64,000 nucleotides of DNA. Origin: an uncultured Acidimicrobiales bacterium (GTDB lineage: Bacteria; Actinomycetota; Acidimicrobiia; Acidimicrobiales; VFJN01). Below are positions 8,297-20,692 of this stretch, one piece after another. Below the pieces are notes generated by a model, which did no database searches, had not been told where the DNA came from, and saw nothing but the letters and a program-made list of their open reading frames with translations. A program made the position numbers and the translations under genes. Positions within the stretch are counted from its first letter, which is position 1, and each line of letters opens with the position of its first letter. The stretch is taken from NCBI GenBank assembly GCA_963739835.1, contig CAVUBW010000026.1, positions 127,538-191,537 on the forward strand. The letters are read 5' to 3'.

Positions 8297-10522
8297 CTAG
8301 CCCTGGGTCGTCCCCTGACCCAGGAGGTCGGGGAGCCTTCCCCGCCAGGCAGCGACCACGTCGGCCAGGGCGAGGTCGACCATCCCGGACACCACCAGGC
8401 GGTCGCCGCCCGCCGACCCGATCTCGACGGCCGGGATCGCGGCCGTGCCGGCCCGCCGCCGCAGCTCGCCCAGCGCCGGCGGGTCCACCGCCAGGAGGAA
8501 GCGGCCCGGCGACTCGCCGAACAGCCAGCGATGGTCCGCCCCGTCGGGCGGCTGCACGACGGCCCCGACATCGCCCGCCACCGCCATCTCGGCCAGGGCC
8601 GGGCCCAGGCCGCCGTCGGCGGTGTCGTGGACCGCCAGCACGAGCCCGTCGATCACCAGGTCGCGCACGAGGTCGCACACGGCCCGGTGCCGGGCCAGGT
8701 CGAGCGACGGCGGCGACCCGGCGTGGTGGCCCCGCGCCCACGCCCAGCGGGAGCCCGAGAGGCCATCGACGTCGTCGCCCACCACCACGACCCGCGTCCC
8801 GGCGACGAGACCGACCCCCGGCGGCGGCGTCACGAGCCGGTCGATCATCCCCACCACGCCCACCACGGGCGTGGGGTCGATGTCGCGTCCCCGGCTCTCG
8901 TTGTAGAGGCTCACGTTGCCGCCGACGACCGGCACCCCGAGCGCCCGGCAGGCCTCGCCCATCCCGTCGACGGCCTCGGACAGCTGCCACATCATCTCGG
9001 GGTGCTCCGGGTTGCCGAAGTTGAGGCAGTTGACCAGCGCGAGCGGCCGCGCCCCGACGCAGGCCAGGTTGGCGACCGCCTCGGCCACCACCAGGGCCGT
9101 GCCGCGGCGGGGGTCGAGGGCGCACCACCGGTGGTTGCCGTCGGTGGTGAGCGCCAGCCCCCGGCCGGTGTCGACGCCGGTGACCGGGTGCTTGAGCCGC
9201 AGGACGCAGGCGTCGCCGCCCGGGCCGACGACCGTGTTGAGGAACAGCTGGTGGTCGTACTGGCTCGTGACCCACGACGTGTCCTGGATCAGCTCGACCA
9301 GGTCGGCGCCGGCGTCGGCCGGCGGGGCGAGCGCCGCGTCCGCGCCGCCGGCCAGCCGGGCCGCCCGGTCGGCGGGCTCGGCCCGGGGGCGGTCGAGCAG
9401 CGGGGCGTCGTCGTGCAGGGTCGACGCCGGGACGTCGGCGAGCACCGTGCCGCCGGGGCGGTCGAGGATGCGCAGCCGGCCGTCGCCGGTCACCGTGCCC
9501 ACCACCGCCGCACCGATCTCCCACCGGTCGCAGATGGCCAGCACCTCGTCGATGTGCTCGGGGGTGACGATGGCGAGCATCCGCTCCTGGCTCTCGCTGG
9601 TCATCACCTCGAACGGCTCCATGCCCGGCTCGCGGGTGCGGACCTCGGACACGTACGACGTCCATGCCGACCCCGCCCCGGCTGGCGGTCTCGCTGGTGG
9701 CGCAGGTGAGGCCGGCGCCGCCCAGGTCCTGGATGCCCACGACGAGGCTGGCGTCGAGCATGGCGAGGCACGCCTCGATGAGGCGCTTCTCCTCGAACGG
9801 GTCGCCCACCTGGACGCTGGGGCGCTTGGCCGCGTCGGTGTCGTCGTCGCTGAACCCCGCCGACGCCAGGACGGACACGCCGCCGATGCCGTCACGCCCC
9901 GTCGTGGACCCGAACAGCACCGCGAGGTTCCCGACGCCGGACGCCCGACCGAGCACCAGCCGCTCGACCGGCAGCACGCCCAGGCAGAACACGTTGACGA
10001 GCGGATTGTCCTGATACGTCTCGTCGAACACGATCTCGCCGCCCACGGTGGGGACCCCGACCGAGTTGCCGTAGCCGCTGATGCCGGACACGACTCCCTC
10101 GGCGATCCACCGGCTGCGGGCGTCGTCAGAGGTCCGAACCGCAGCGGGTCCATGAGTGCGATCGGACGGGCACCCATGGTGAAGACGTCCCGCAGAATGC
10201 CGCCGATGCCGGTCGCCGCGCCCTGATACGGCTCGATTGCTGACGGATGGTTGTGGCTCTCGATGCGGAAGGCGACGGCGATGCCGTCGCCGACGTCGAC
10301 CACGCCCGCGTTCTCGCCGGGACCGACCAGGACATCGCGCCCCTCGGTCGGCAGTCGGCGCAGGTGCAGCCGGCTCGATTTGTACGAACAGTGTTCGGAC
10401 CACATCACTGCGTACATGGCCAGTTCGAGGTGATTGGGCGCCCGTCGGAGCAGGCGGGCGATGTCCGCAGCCTCGTCGTCGGTCAGCCCGAGCGCACGGT
10501 GGATCGGCTCGTCGTCGGTCAC
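8297..10522 (-). CDS. purL: phosphoribosylformylglycinamidine synthase subunit PurL; ORF stays open but contains two mutually cancelling frame slips
   Basis: The N-terminal part (..[37 protein letters not shown]..) and the C-terminal part are in the track frame. The stretch ~9655-10127 reads as low-complexity nonsense in that frame. The genuine sequence ([62 protein letters not shown]) is in the frame of track ORF 8088..10403. Confidence 0.85.
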   Translation of the reverse strand: MTDDEPIHRALGLTDDEAADIARLLRRAPNHLELAMYAVMWSEHCSYKSSRLHLRRLPTEGRDVLVGPGENAGVVDVGDGIAVAFRIESHNHPSAIEPYQGAATGIGGILRDVFTMGARPIALMDPLRFGPLTTPAAGGSPRESCPASAATATRSGSPPWAARSCSTRRIRTIRSSTCSAWACCRSSGWCSVGRPASGTSRCCSGPRRGVTASAACPSWRRRGSATTTPTRPSAPASRWATRSRRSASSRRASPCSTPASSWASRTWAAPASPAPPARPPAGAGSAWTSYVSEVRTREPGMEPFEVMTSESQERMLAIVTPEHIDEVLAICDRWEIGAAVVGTVTGDGRLRILDRPGGTVLADVPASTLHDDAPLLDRPRAEPADRAARLAGGADAALAPPADAGADLVELIQDTSWVTSQYDHQLFLNTVVGPGGDACVLRLKHPVTGVDTGRGLALTTDGNHRWCALDPRRGTALVVAEAVANLACVGARPLALVNCLNFGNPEHPEMMWQLSEAVDGMGEACRALGVPVVGGNVSLYNESRGRDIDPTPVVGVVGMIDRLVTPPPGVGLVAGTRVVVVGDDVDGLSGSRWAWARGHHAGSPPSLDLARHRAVCDLVRDLVIDGLVLAVHDTADGGLGPALAEMAVAGDVGAVVQPPDGADHRWLFGESPGRFLLAVDPPALGELRRRAGTAAIPAVEIGSAGGDRLVVSGMVDLALADVVAAWRGRLPDLLGQGTTQG

Positions 10523-10626
10523 CGACCCAGGCTAGGCGACGTCTGGATGACCCCCGGACATGCGCGGCGAGGGCGCCGCAAGCCTCTCAATGGGCATCGG
10601 GCGACAAACCGAAATATGATCCGCGC

Positions 10627-11043
10627 ATGGCCGAAACGTCGCGTAAGCGAACCCCCATGAGCAAAGAACACAAGGCGGCCCTGGCCGAGGGTCGAGATCA
10701 GGGTCGGGCCGTGCGCCGATACCTCGAAGCGCTCGAGGCCCACAAGCCGCGGCGAGGCCGGAAGCGGTCGCCGGAATCCCTGAAGAGGCGCCTCGACGAT
10801 GTCGAAACTGAGATCGCCACCGCCGACCCGTTGAAGCGTCTGCATCTGGTCCAGGAGCGCCTAGATCTACAGAACGCACTCGAGGCAAGTGAGTCAAAGG
10901 TCGATCTCGACCAGCTCGAAAAGGATTTCGTCAGCTCCGCCGCGCCCTACAGCGAGCGCAAGGGTATCTCGTACTCCGCGTGGCGCGAGCTCGGCGTACC
11001 CGCCCAGGTCCTCGACCGCGCCGGCATCGCACGGAGCGCCTAG
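10627..11043 (+). CDS. hypothetical basic/helical protein
   Basis: ATG 10627 inside track ORF 10237..11043: MAETSRKRTPMSKEHKAALAEGRDQGRAVRRYLEALEAHKPRRGRKRSPESLKRRL... GC content is locally lower. No family recognised. Confidence 0.55.
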   Translation: MAETSRKRTPMSKEHKAALAEGRDQGRAVRRYLEALEAHKPRRGRKRSPESLKRRLDDVETEIATADPLKRLHLVQERLDLQNALEASESKVDLDQLEKDFVSSAAPYSERKGISYSAWRELGVPAQVLDRAGIARSA

Positions 11044-11076
11044 CCCGCCGCCCGGGTTCCGGCGGGCGGGACGGCG

Positions 11077-11754
11077 TCAGGCGGCCAAGGCGCCGGCGGT
11101 CACCAGCAACGACCGCAGCAGCGGGACACCGTCCGTCGAACCCAGCAGCGGGTGGCACGCACGCTCGGGGTGGGGCATCAGCCCCACCACGTTGCGCCCC
11201 GGGGAGCACACGCCGGCGATGTCGTCGACCGACCCGTTGGGGTTGTCGACGTAGCGGAGCACGACCCTGTCGTCGGCCCGCAGCTCGGCGAGGGTCTCGG
11301 GGTCGCAGGTGTAGTTCCCCTCGAAGTGGTTGATCGGGATGCGCAGCTCGGTGCCGACGGCGAGATCGGTGGTGAGCGCAGTGCCGGCGGCGGCCACCCG
11401 CACGCTGGCGGGCCGGCACAGGAACTTGAGCCCCGCGTTCTTCTGGAGCGCGCCGGGAAGCATGCCGGCCTCGCACAACACCTGGAAACCGTTGCAGATA
11501 CCGACGACGGGCCCTCCGGCGGCGGCATGCTCGGCAACGGCCCGCATCACGGGCGAGAACCGGGCGATGGCCCCGGGCCGCAGGTAGTCGCCGTGCGCAA
11601 ACCCCCCCGGCAGCACGACGGCATCGACGTCGCCGAGCGAGGAGTCGCCGTGCCACAGCAGCCGCCCCTCGCCACCGAGTGAACCGACCGCTTCGACGAC
11701 GTCGAGCTCGCAGTTCGACCCGGGGAACACGACGACGCCGACGACGGTGGCCAT
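11077..11754 (-). CDS. purQ: phosphoribosylformylglycinamidine synthase, glutaminase subunit PurQ
   Basis: Track ORF: VVVFPGSNCELD...VLPGGFAHGDYLR...GICNGFQVLCEAGMLPGAL...GLMPHPER. The Cys-His-Glu triad context of a class I amidotransferase is present. Confidence 0.92.
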   Translation of the reverse strand: MATVVGVVVFPGSNCELDVVEAVGSLGGEGRLLWHGDSSLGDVDAVVLPGGFAHGDYLRPGAIARFSPVMRAVAEHAAAGGPVVGICNGFQVLCEAGMLPGALQKNAGLKFLCRPASVRVAAAGTALTTDLAVGTELRIPINHFEGNYTCDPETLAELRADDRVVLRYVDNPNGSVDDIAGVCSPGRNVVGLMPHPERACHPLLGSTDGVPLLRSLLVTAGALAA

Positions 11755-11779
11755 GTCCGGAGCGTATCCGGGGACGTAG

Positions 11780-12031
11780 CTATGCCCGGACGATCGTGAC
11801 CGAGGCGTCCTCGATCACGGGGTTGGTGAGGAAGCGCTTGCACATGTCCTCGACCTCGGCGCAGGCGGTGGCCTCGTCGTCGGACTCGATGGCGAAGCGG
11901 AAGCACTTGCCGACCTTCACGCCGGTGACGCCCTCGAAGCCGAGGGCGGGTAGCGACCGCTCGATCGTGGACCCCTGGGGATCGGCGACCCCGGCCCGGA
12001 GGCGGGTCTCGACCAGCACCGAGAACTGCAT
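11780..12031 (-). CDS. purS: phosphoribosylformylglycinamidine synthase subunit PurS
   Basis: ATG at 12031 within track ORF 11780..12211: MQFSVLVETRLRAGVADPQGSTIERSLPALGFEGVTGVKVGKCFRFAIE... 83 aa, placed between the ComB-like gene and purQ. Confidence 0.88.
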   Translation of the reverse strand: MQFSVLVETRLRAGVADPQGSTIERSLPALGFEGVTGVKVGKCFRFAIESDDEATACAEVEDMCKRFLTNPVIEDASVTIVRA

Positions 12032-12035
12032 CGCC

Positions 12036-12899
12036 TCAGCGTAGAACCCGGCCCGCCAGCGGCGTGACAGCCCGGAACGTGCGGTCGTCGAGCACGGGGG
12101 CGACCTCCTCCGCATCGAGGATCGCGGCCGCCGCCACGTCGTCGTCGAAGCCCCACGCCGCCAGCTCCTGGCCCGACGCCGTGCGGGTGAGCCAGCCACC
12201 GAGGTCGTCACTCGCCGCCCGGAACAGCGCGACCGCCGCCCTCGCCTCGACCGACACCGACGCCGGGTCGCAGGCGCCGCGGTCGAGGAGCGCCGCCAGC
12301 ACGGCCCCGGCGCCCAGCAGGTCCTCGACCGCCGGGCGCAGCGGGCCCAGCGCGCCGCCCCAGCGCTCGCCCGCCGGGATCACCGCGATAGGCCCGCCCG
12401 TGGCCGCCGCCACCGCCGCCACCGCCCCCGCGTTGCGCAGGCACCCGGCGAGCACGAGCGGCGGCTCGGCGGCGGGGCCGTCGCCGCCGTCCTCGTCCTC
12501 GTCGACCAGCCCGTTGCGCACCCCGAACGCCAGCGCCGAGCCGTTGGGCGACGGCAGGACCAGCCGGGTGCCCGCCGGCAGGCGGCTCAGGTCGGACGGG
12601 GACAGCGACCACGCGCCCTCCTCCCGCCAGCCCGCCAGCTCGGCCCCGTGCTCGGCGGCGTACGCCCGGGCCGCGTCGCCCATGTCCCACATGTAGGGCA
12701 GCACCTCGCCGCCCCGACCCACCGCGACCGACACCGCGGTCGTGAACCGCAGCACGTCGACCACCACCACCGCCCGGGCGCCCGGGGCCACCCGGCACAG
12801 GCCCTCGATGCCCCACTCGCAGCGGAGGTCCCACGCCTGCTGCCGGCGGGCGGCGTCCAGGACCCCCTCCGGGGGGCGGGCGCCGCCAGGGGCTGTCAC
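12036..12899 (-). CDS. 2-phosphosulfolactate phosphatase (ComB) family protein embedded in the pur operon
   Basis: C-terminal 287 aa of artefactual track ORF 12036..15191: ..VVVVDVLRFTTAVSVAVGRGGEVLPY...LVLPSPNGSALAF...IAVIPAGERW.. The GTG start overlaps the purC stop (GTGA at 12896-12899). Its stop lies 4 nt before the purS start. Confidence 0.7.
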   Translation of the reverse strand: MTAPGGARPPEGVLDAARRQQAWDLRCEWGIEGLCRVAPGARAVVVVDVLRFTTAVSVAVGRGGEVLPYMWDMGDAARAYAAEHGAELAGWREEGAWSLSPSDLSRLPAGTRLVLPSPNGSALAFGVRNGLVDEDEDGGDGPAAEPPLVLAGCLRNAGAVAAVAAATGGPIAVIPAGERWGGALGPLRPAVEDLLGAGAVLAALLDRGACDPASVSVEARAAVALFRAASDDLGGWLTRTASGQELAAWGFDDDVAAAAILDAEEVAPVLDDRTFRAVTPLAGRVLR

Positions 12900-13798
12900 C
12901 CGCCCATTCCCGGCCAGTCGGCGAAGGGGCGGCCGGTGATGCGCTCGTAGGCCTCGACGTAGCGCTCGCTGGTCGACGCCAGCACGTCGTCGGGCAGGGG
13001 CGGCGGCGGCGGGTTGTGATCCCAGTCCTGGGTGTCGAGGTAGTCGCGCAGCGGCTGCTTGTCGAACGAGGGGGGCGTGGCGCCCGGCTCCCAGGCATCC
13101 ATCGACCAGAAGCGGGACGAGTCGGGCGTGAGCACCTCGTCGCACAGCACCAGCTCGCCGTCGACGAGGCCCAGCTCGAACTTGGTGTCGGCGATGATGA
13201 TGCCCCGCTCGCGGGCCCACTCCGAGCCCCGGCGGTACAGCTCCAGCGACGTGGCCGCCACCTTGGCTGCCAGCGACTCGCCGATCAGGTCGGCCGCGGC
13301 GGCCAGCGAGATGTTCTCGTCGTGGTTGCCCTGGGCCGCCTTCGTCGACGGGGTGAACACGGGCTCGGCCAGCCGGTCGGACTCGACCAGGCCGGGCGGC
13401 AGCGGCGCCCCGTGCATCGTGCCGGCGCGGCGGTACTCCTTCCAGGCGGATCCCGTGATGTAGCCCCGCACGATGCACTCGACCGGCAGCATGTCGGCCC
13501 GGCGCGTCAGCATCACCCGGCCGGCCAGGTCCGCGTCGTCCGCGGCCTTCTGCACCGATGCCGGCATGTCGGCCAGCTCGACCGACAGCAGGTGACCGGG
13601 CACCACGTCGGCCAGCTCGGCGAACCAGAACGCCGACATGGCGGTCAGCACCCGCCCCTTGTCGCGGATCGGCTCGGCCATCACGACGTCGAAGGCCGAG
13701 ATGCGATCGGTCGTGACCATGAGCAAGCGGTCGTCGCCGACGGCGTAGATGTCGCGGACCTTGCCCGAGTGGACGTAGGGCAGACCGAGATCGGTCAT
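12896..13798 (-). CDS. purC: phosphoribosylaminoimidazole-succinocarboxamide synthase
   Basis: Track ORF, 300 aa: LPYVHSGKVRDIY..LLMVTTDRISAFDVVM..IPDKGRVLT...IIADTKFELG. Confidence 0.92.
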   Translation of the reverse strand: MTDLGLPYVHSGKVRDIYAVGDDRLLMVTTDRISAFDVVMAEPIRDKGRVLTAMSAFWFAELADVVPGHLLSVELADMPASVQKAADDADLAGRVMLTRRADMLPVECIVRGYITGSAWKEYRRAGTMHGAPLPPGLVESDRLAEPVFTPSTKAAQGNHDENISLAAAADLIGESLAAKVAATSLELYRRGSEWARERGIIIADTKFELGLVDGELVLCDEVLTPDSSRFWSMDAWEPGATPPSFDKQPLRDYLDTQDWDHNPPPPPLPDDVLASTSERYVEAYERITGRPFADWPGMGG

Positions 13799-13831
13799 CG
13801 GTTCCTCCGTGAGGGATGAGGAGACGGCGGA

Positions 13832-15253
13832 CTAGAGGACGGGTTCGGGACCGTAGCGGGCGGCATCGGGGTGGTCGGCCACGATCTCGGCGACCTGGCC
13901 GACGAACGCCGCCACCTGGCGCGGCGCGGTGCCGACGAATCCGGCGGTGTCGGCCATGACCGCCGCGATCGCCTCGCGGTCGAGCCCGAGCCGGCCGTCG
14001 GCCGCCAGCCGGTCGACGAGGTCGTTGCCCGGGGCGCCCTCCCGCTGGGCCAGGGCGACGGCCACCGCGTGGTCGCGGATCGCCTCGTGCGCCTGCTCGC
14101 GCCCGACGCCGGCCCGCATCGCCGCCATCAGCACCTTGGTCGTGGCGAGGAACGGCAGGTAGCGGTCGAGCTCGCGGGCCACCACCGCCGGGAACGCGCC
14201 GAAGCCGTCGAGCACGGACAGGATCGTCTCGCACAGCCCGTCGGTCGCCAGGAACGCGCCGGGCAGCGCCACCCGCCGCACGACGGAGTCGGACACGTCG
14301 CCCTCGTTCCACTGGTCGCCCGCCAGCTCGGACACCATCGACAGGTACCCTCGGACGACGACGGCCAGCCCGTTGACCCGCTCGCACGACCGGGTGTTCA
14401 TCTTGTGGGGCATCGCCGAGCTGCCGACCTGCCCGGGCACGAAGCCCTCGGTGACCAGCTCGTGCCCGGCCATCAGCCGGATCGTCGTGGCGAGGTTGGC
14501 CGGACCGGAGGTCGCCTGGACGAGCGCGGCCACGACGTCGAAGTCGAGCGACCGCGGGTAGACCTGGCCGACGCTGGTCAGCGACGCGGCGAACCCCAGG
14601 TGCGCCAGCACGGTCGCCTCCAGCCGGTCGACCGCGTCGGGGTCGCCGAGCAGGTCGAGCTGGTCCTGCTGCGTGCCCATCGGGCCCCGGATGCCGCGCA
14701 GCGGGTAGCGGACCAGCAACTCCTCGACCCGGCGGTAGGCGACCAGCAGCTCGTCGCCGGCGTTGGCGAACCGCTTGCCGAGCGTGGTCGCCTGGGCCGC
14801 GACGTTGTGGCTGCGGCCGACCATCACCAGCGCTGCATGCTCGGCGGCCCGCTCGGCCAGCCGGGCCAGCACGGTCACCATCCGGTCGCGCACCAGCACC
14901 AGCGCCCGGCGGATCTGGAGCTGCTCGACGTTCTCGGTCAGGTCCCGCGACGTCATGCCGGCGTGGGCGTACTCGTGGCCGGCCAGGGCCGAGAACTCCT
15001 CCAGCCGGGCCTTGACGTCGTGGCGGTTGACCCGCTCGCGGGCGTCGATCGAGTCGAGGTCGACAGCGTCGATCACGGCCCGGTAGTCGTCGATGGCCTC
15101 GGCGGGGATGGGGACGCCGAGGTCGCGCTGGGCGGCCATGACCGCCACCCACAGCTCGCGCTCGAGGCGGACCTTGGTCTCGGGCGACCACAGCGCGACC
15201 ATCGGCTCGCTGGCGTAGCGGTACGCCAGCACGTCGGGGAGGACGGGCTTCAC
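13832..15253 (-). CDS. purB: adenylosuccinate lyase
   Basis: Track ORF, 473 aa: ..[14 protein letters not shown]...[13 protein letters not shown]...[17 protein letters not shown] (fumarate-lyase signature). Confidence 0.92.
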   Translation of the reverse strand: MKPVLPDVLAYRYASEPMVALWSPETKVRLERELWVAVMAAQRDLGVPIPAEAIDDYRAVIDAVDLDSIDARERVNRHDVKARLEEFSALAGHEYAHAGMTSRDLTENVEQLQIRRALVLVRDRMVTVLARLAERAAEHAALVMVGRSHNVAAQATTLGKRFANAGDELLVAYRRVEELLVRYPLRGIRGPMGTQQDQLDLLGDPDAVDRLEATVLAHLGFAASLTSVGQVYPRSLDFDVVAALVQATSGPANLATTIRLMAGHELVTEGFVPGQVGSSAMPHKMNTRSCERVNGLAVVVRGYLSMVSELAGDQWNEGDVSDSVVRRVALPGAFLATDGLCETILSVLDGFGAFPAVVARELDRYLPFLATTKVLMAAMRAGVGREQAHEAIRDHAVAVALAQREGAPGNDLVDRLAADGRLGLDREAIAAVMADTAGFVGTAPRQVAAFVGQVAEIVADHPDAARYGPEPVL

Positions 15254-15271
15254 CCGCCCATTCTCTCCTGT

Positions 15272-15736
15272 TCAGTCAACGGGCGGGGTCATCTCCTCGC
15301 GGTGGCGCGCCAGCTCGTCGGCGAGCTTCTCGTCGTCGATCGCCAGGATCTGCACGGCCAGCAGGGCGGCGTTCATGGCGCCGTCGACCGCCACCGTCGC
15401 GACGGGGATGCCCTTGGGCATCTGCACGGTCGCGTACAGCGCGTCGACCCCGTTGAGCGCCCCGCCCGAGAGCGGCACGCCGATGACCGGCAGGGTGGTC
15501 TGGCCGGCGACCGCGCCGGCCAGGTGGGCGGCCATGCCCGCGCCGCAGATGATGGTGGCGTAGCCGTTGGCCCGGGCCGACGACGCGAAGGCGGCGACCA
15601 CGGCGGGCGTCCGGTGGGCGGACATCACCCGCACGTCGGCCTCGACGCCGTAGCGGGCGAGCGTGTCGACCGCCGGGGCCATCTTGTCCTTGTCGTTGGG
15701 CGATCCCATGAGGATCGCCACCTTCTTGTCGGTCAT
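15272..15736 (-). CDS. purE: 5-(carboxyamino)imidazole ribonucleotide mutase
   Basis: C-terminal 154 aa of track ORF 15272..16969: [19 protein letters not shown]...[10 protein letters not shown]...[27 protein letters not shown]. The ATG overlaps the purD stop (ATGA). Confidence 0.9.
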   Translation of the reverse strand: MTDKKVAILMGSPNDKDKMAPAVDTLARYGVEADVRVMSAHRTPAVVAAFASSARANGYATIICGAGMAAHLAGAVAGQTTLPVIGVPLSGGALNGVDALYATVQMPKGIPVATVAVDGAMNAALLAVQILAIDDEKLADELARHREEMTPPVD

Positions 15737-16969
15737 GTGGTCGCTGCCTCCCGAGCGATGTCGTGGCGGAAGTAGAGCCCGGGCCAGGAGACCTGCGCCA
15801 CCGCCGCGTAGGCCCGGTCGCGGGCGGCGGCCACGGTCGGCCCGGCGCCGGTCACCGCGAGCACCCGGCCGCCCGCCGTGACCAGGCCGTCGCCGCCCGG
15901 CCCGGCGGCGACGCCCGCGCAGAACACGGTGGCCCCGGCGGCCTCGGCCGCGGCGAGGCCCGCGATCGGGTCGCCGCTGCGGGGCGCGACCGGGTAGCCC
16001 TCGGTCGCGACCACCACGGTCACGCAGGCCTCGGGCCCGAAGGCCGGCGGCGGGGCCTGGGTGAGGTCGCCTTCGGCCGCCGCGGCCAGCAGGGCGGCCA
16101 GGTCGGACGTCATGCGGGGCAGGACCACCTGGGACTCGGGGTCGCCGAAGCGCACGTTGAACTCGACCAGGCGGGGCCCGCCGGCCGTCAGCATCAACCC
16201 GGTGTAGAGCACCCCCCGGTAGTCGATGCCCCGGCGGCGCAGCTCGGCCAGCGTCGGGGCGACGAACCGGTCCATCAGGTCGGCGACGAGGGCGTCGTCG
16301 ACCGCAGCCACCGGCGAGTAGGCGCCCATGCCGCCCGTGTTGGGCCCGGCGTCGCCGTCGCCGATGCGCTTGAAGTCCTGCGCCGGGGCCAGCGCCACGG
16401 CCCGCGTGCCGTCGCAGACCGCCAGGAGCGACAGCTCGGGGCCGGTCATGCCCTCCTCGATCACGACCGTGCGGCCCGCGTCGCCGAACGACTCGCCGGC
16501 CAGCTTGGCCCGCACGTCCGCCTCGGCCTCGGCCCGGGTGGCGGCCACGAGGACGCCCTTGCCGGCGGCCAGGCCGTCGGTCTTGACCACCCACGGGCCG
16601 GGCTCGGGCAGCGTCCGCAGGAACTCGATCGCCGGCTCGGCCTCGCTGAACGCGGCATAGCGCGGCGGTCGGGACGCCGGCCGCCTCGACCACCTCCTTC
16701 ATCCACGCCTTGGACCCCTCCAGCCGGGCCCCGTCGATCCCCGGCCCGAACACCAGCCGCCCGGTGGCACGCAGCTCGTCGGCCAGCCCGGCGACCAGCG
16801 GCGCCTCGGGCCCGACGATGAACAGGTCGGCCTCCACCTCGCCCGGCGGCGTCGCCACCGACCCGGGGATGCCGGGGTTGCCCGGCGTGACCACGACCTC
16901 GGCCGTCCGGGCCAGCACATGGGCGAGCGCGTGCTCGCGGCCTCCCGACCCCACCACGCACACCCGCAC
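15733..16969 (-). pseudogene. purD: phosphoribosylamine-glycine ligase with one frame slip near 16,660
   Basis: N-terminal part [50 protein letters not shown] is in the frame of ORF 15272..16969. [48 protein letters not shown].. continues in the frame of ORF 15733..16590. Confidence 0.85.
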
Positions 16970-16979
16970 GCCGGCCTCC

Positions 16980-19327
<2,348 letters not shown>

Positions 19328-19331
<4 letters not shown>

Positions 19332-20011
19332 GCGCGCCGCGCGACGCCGCCCGGCTCGCCGGTCGGGCGTGGAACAAGGCCCTGTGGCTGGCGATGAAGC
19401 GGTCGGGGCGCACCCACCTGACCCGCTACGCCATGTACCGGGCGCTGGAGGAGGCCGTCGACGGCCGGCCCGCGCGCGTGCTGTCGATCAGCCATTCCGA
19501 GCCGCTGTGCGAGGTCGTGGGCTGGACCGGCGCCGAGATCGTGACGGCGGACTTCCCGGACGTGTCGATCCTCGACCTGCCCTACGACGACGCCAGCTTC
19601 GACGGGCTCGTGTGCGACCAGGTGCTGGAGCACGTCGCGGGCGATCCCCAGCGGGCCATCGACGAGTCGGCCCGGGTGCTGGTGCCCGGCGGCACGCTGA
19701 TCCAGACGACCTGCTTCATGAACCCGCGCCACGACACGGTCGACATGTGGCGGTTCACGCCGCCGGCGCTCGACCTGCTCGCCCGGCGGGCCGGGCTGGA
19801 CGTCGTGGCGGTCGACGGGTGGGGCAACTTCACCAGCGTGCTGGCGTGCAGGGTCGGCTTCCGCAACCTGCCGATCCCCGAGGCCGACTGGAACCCGGTC
19901 CACCGGCTGGCGACCCGCACCCATCCCGACTGGATGATCTCGACGTGGCTGGTGGCCCGCAAGCCGGCCGCTCAACCGGCGGCGGCCGGTGTCAGCTCCA
20001 GCACCAGCTGA
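19328..20011 (+). CDS. class I SAM-dependent methyltransferase
   Basis: Track ORF: ..ARVLSISHSEP...LPYDDASFDGLVCDQVLEHVAGDPQRAIDESARVLVPGGTLI. The start overlaps the stop of the upstream GT. Confidence 0.75.
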
Positions 20012-20688
20012 TAGCGCTGCTCGCCGGGCGACGGCGGCCGGTCGCCGTCCCACCAGCAGCACGCCTCGGCGAGCCGGAACCCGCAGCGGGCCGCCCGGGC
20101 GGCGAGGTCGCCCGGGTCGAGCAGCTCGAAGTCCATCGTGTCGGTCGAGCCGTCGAGGTAGTCGATCGTCGAGACGAGGCGGTCGCCGTGCACCGCGTTG
20201 GTGATCGACCGGCAGCCGTCCGCCCGGGGCGAGGTCGTGGTGCCCGCGTGCGCCCGCACGAATCCCGGGTGGTAGACGTCGAGCAGCAGGCGCCCGCCGG
20301 GACGCAGCCGGGCGGCCAGGTCGCCGAGGACCCGGTCGTTGGTGGCCGGGTCGAACCAGCCGAAGCTCTGCCACAGGATCATGGCGGCGTCGAACGTGGC
20401 CCGCAGCGCCCCCAGGTCCCGCTGGTCGAGCGCCAGGAACCGGCCGGCCGGCACCCCGCTCGCCGCCCGGGCCACGGCGCCCACGTCGCGGTCGACGCCG
20501 GTGACGTCGTAGCCCGCGGCGGCCAGCGGCCCGGCGTGGCGGCCGGGCCCGCAGCACACGTCGAGGACGTGGCGGAAGGCGGGCAGGGGCAGCCGGCGGG
20601 TGATGCCGGCGACCTCCGCCCGGGTCCAGTCCTCCGGCACGGTGTCCAGGAACGCCTGGAACCACCGGCCGGAGTACTCGTTGGCCAC
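19972..20688 (-). CDS. class I SAM-dependent methyltransferase
   Basis: Track ORF: ..HVLDVCCGPGRHAGPLAAAGYDVTGVDRD...ILWQSFGWFD...LRPGGRLLLDVYHP. Its 3' end overlaps the convergent methyltransferase by 40 nt. Confidence 0.78.
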   Translation of the reverse strand: MANEYSGRWFQAFLDTVPEDWTRAEVAGITRRLPLPAFRHVLDVCCGPGRHAGPLAAAGYDVTGVDRDVGAVARAASGVPAGRFLALDQRDLGALRATFDAAMILWQSFGWFDPATNDRVLGDLAARLRPGGRLLLDVYHPGFVRAHAGTTTSPRADGCRSITNAVHGDRLVSTIDYLDGSTDTMDFELLDPGDLAARAARCGFRLAEACCWWDGDRPPSPGEQRYQLVLELTPAAAG

Positions 20689-20692
20689 CGGA

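Noticed and set aside
12036-15191. 1051-aa minus-strand ORF spanning the purC and purB region (similar giants at 13871..15775 and 16710..19331 on the plus strand, and 20693..23608, 45653..48568 and 52364..55303 on the minus strand)
   Set aside because: These are Arg/Pro/Gly/Ala-rich translations with no domain signatures. They lie antisense to, or in alternative frames of, well-supported genes, or they fuse adjacent genes. Stop-poor GC-rich sequence produces such ORFs. Only their terminal portions, which match real proteins, were kept.
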